The position numbers were made by a program, and so were the translations under genes. This document shows positions 63,001-64,000 of a stretch of DNA of 64,000 bases, piece after piece. The stretch lies in the IMG/VR virus record IMGVR_UViG_3300044898_000016, positions 1 to 64,000 of that record, one strand, 5' to 3'. Origin of the DNA: a virus. Lineage: Duplodnaviria > Caudoviricetes. The first letter of the stretch is position 1, and each line of letters begins with the position of its first letter. The notes under the pieces were generated by a model that searched no databases, was not told where the DNA came from, and worked only from the letters and a program-made list of their open reading frames with translations.

Positions 63001-63882
63001 TACGCACTATACATCGCTGATGATGGCGGGGGCAGTTGCAATGAAAACGAGTTCTTCGTGAACATTGAGAACGCGAAAATCGCTGGCATCTACATGGGGA
63101 AGAGTTATCGAAACTCGTTCTCCGGAACGTCTGAGGGTAACGGGGTTGGGCCTAGTCTTGGGTGTGGGATGATCGTCTCGGCTAATGCTTCGTGGAACTA
63201 CATTGCACTCGACAATGAAGGCAATCCGGGCGGCGAGCAGATTTACGGCCCAAACAATGTCTTTATGTCGAACATCTTCACCGATTTAGTGCGGCTGTAT
63301 TCGGGTGCATACAGAAACACCTTTTTTGGTGGATTGTTCGATTCCGTTCAAGTTGATTCAGGGGCCAATGGAAATGAGTTCCATCGCGGCACTTACAACT
63401 GGTCTGGGTCAGGAACTATCGTAGACAACGCGATTAATACCTACTGGGATTTGCGCGACAAAGCAACGGGCAACCTCAAGGCTAAGTATGCATTCGGCGG
63501 CGAAGGCGATCACTTGGGGTTGTCGGTTTTCAATAACTCGCCTATCACCTATGCAGCCTATCTTGAAGCAGTAACTGCCAACGGTGCGGTCGTATCGAGA
63601 CTGCAATCCGCAGCGAACGGAAACGGCTACACCGGAACATTCAGCGTGCATCCGTTCGGACTGCTCACCAGCGGCACTCCTCGAATGACCGTATCTGCAT
63701 CTCAGCCAATTTTCACTCTAGCACCCGTTGCGTTTGCCAGTCTTGGTGCGCCAACGGCGGGGAGTTTTGCCTACTGCTCGGATTCCAATACGGCGACGTG
63801 GGGCGCGACGATTGCTGGTGGTGGGTCAAATAAAGTGTTGGCTTTTTTTGGGGGCACAAACTGGACTGTTTTCGCTGTGTAG
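60088..63882 (+). CDS. Tailspike/receptor-binding protein with two beta-helix (pectate-lyase-like) regions; start uncertain (ATC 60088 or GTG 60130)
   Basis: INVMAYGAIGDDSTDNSTAF...LYIPVGTF and VDVSSYATGGDG motifs, with Asn/Ile ladder repeats. Confidence 0.8.
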   Translation: MALIGLSSFQLTPAVNGGYNTDALTVRWWYGRGFIDSSTVSVQGGNGASGFYITSICTVDGNGIITVPSTSIYSTLDAIDPAPQSIQFFGRLYSGNTPRQWITAFNSTPTGWVVQNPTPLSALTFEELVLENQSIVLANPPQTFWTIAQTQAYIASQGTSPLASDVVFGRTKLDIAPTSAINPVAVGANSYAATNHLGITKLATAPLSATNPIAVGSNDPRLGGYINVMAYGAIGDDSTDNSTAFTNAQTAAAAVGAALYIPVGTFRMIGGFAFTSPVIFAPGGIVKHAGGSLSFSKAVIADPSPHFASTSTISVSFPGNTSIDRYYIDWWGTPAGSDDTAICEAAVAAFPIGAYVKLIPNRVYATQGLTVKQGQTWDLTGATIIALPGTSFPNETFDIGATNPLDLNGTFWTTNTAMSSAIAGATSITVTSSAGFTAGDRIVVSAGSFTGSGVEFGPIEFNTVASIPDGTHINVKTPLAYNYSGFGLAGAANLKVYKVPANQPRNIKIFGGTIQPSASFTGPYLNINGAENVEVCNILFNGLAGGLTTGGYVSGLNFHDCQLKGNGLISAAVNFNFASLVYSRITDNLLSLGGNTLLNGSNLEVTCHDNIVSDNIIGPVRATAVAGIEFNKSSFNNQVTDNNIWGLSADVTANVITRGIRTQSSPAGTGNLIQGNTVRNVFIGIADNADNSLVDGNVLASVSSPSTSTGILTDSLKGTIGDNTITGFDRNTVDSALTGVPTLRRTLGRSYRFEGNGSPEGVITAPVSSMHSRLDGGASTSLYVKGSGTGNTGWVALGSGSSSALTQVDVSSYATGGDGSPGSPWTGWNAATPWAANTAFYFKDGYYSTSTTVLWGLSGIGIIFSPGAIINYTGAGVGIRFDATDYVSNVGAYLVYINVKGLRLRTTTGTDGVVVNRVFNCSFDLNVGGFSSHQTYFYRSITNLVWLKSTTGSEANSIANNGFPNVTTYGDYALYIADDGGGSCNENEFFVNIENAKIAGIYMGKSYRNSFSGTSEGNGVGPSLGCGMIVSANASWNYIALDNEGNPGGEQIYGPNNVFMSNIFTDLVRLYSGAYRNTFFGGLFDSVQVDSGANGNEFHRGTYNWSGSGTIVDNAINTYWDLRDKATGNLKAKYAFGGEGDHLGLSVFNNSPITYAAYLEAVTANGAVVSRLQSAANGNGYTGTFSVHPFGLLTSGTPRMTVSASQPIFTLAPVAFASLGAPTAGSFAYCSDSNTATWGATIAGGGSNKVLAFFGGTNWTVFAV

Positions 63883-63911
63883 GGGAGTTTTTGTTACTAG
63901 GGAGTAATGTA

Positions 63912-64000
63912 ATGGCAGAACAATTAGGATGGTATAACACGGTCACGCTCACAGCGGCAGCCACGGCGCAGAGCATTTACGCTCTGGTCACAAACACGTC
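63912..64000 (+). CDS. 5' part of the next gene (truncated by the window end)
   Basis: GGAG SD and ATG: MAEQLGWYNTVTLTAA... Confidence 0.5.
   Translation, partial: MAEQLGWYNTVTLTAAATAQSIYALVTNT

Noticed and set aside
5000-63900. Numerous overlapping opposite-strand or alternate-frame ORFs in the track (e.g. 20625-21164, 41566-42000, 57687-58565)
   Set aside because: They shadow well-supported genes and lack SDs and motifs.
1-64000. Stop-codon reassignment or a tail-chaperone frameshift
   Set aside because: Standard-code ORFs tile the window, and there is no tape measure or tail-assembly chaperone pair (podovirus-type tail).
1-64000. Specific host assignment
   Set aside because: No host genes or att site are visible; it needs spacer or homology searches that could not be run.

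Overview
A 64-kb segment of a tailed dsDNA phage or prophage with a P22-like podovirus morphogenesis module. No integrase, repressor, endolysin or clear host gene is visible. In order: leftward early genes interrupted by a 3.3-kb IS1595-family element carrying eight phage-like cargo genes; a divergent promoter region; recombination genes (NinB-like, ERF, YqaJ); a structured non-coding island containing an interrupted tRNA-Ile(GAU); replication, methylation and accessory genes; a membrane/lysis-like cluster; terS, DNA-ejection proteins, terL, portal, scaffold, capsid, adaptors, nozzle and tailspike. At least five homing endonuclease genes are present. The strongest novelty candidates are: (1) a tRNA-Ile whose D-loop is interrupted by a ~135-nt insert with group II intron-like ends, far too small to be an autonomous ribozyme and flanked by structured RNAs; (2) two homing-endonuclease cassettes that appear to have replaced a terminus of the gene they invaded, leaving the old terminus stranded; (3) the cargo-bearing IS1595 element whose inverted repeat supplies the promoter -35. 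All functional calls come from visual motif recognition; no database searches or folding programs were run.
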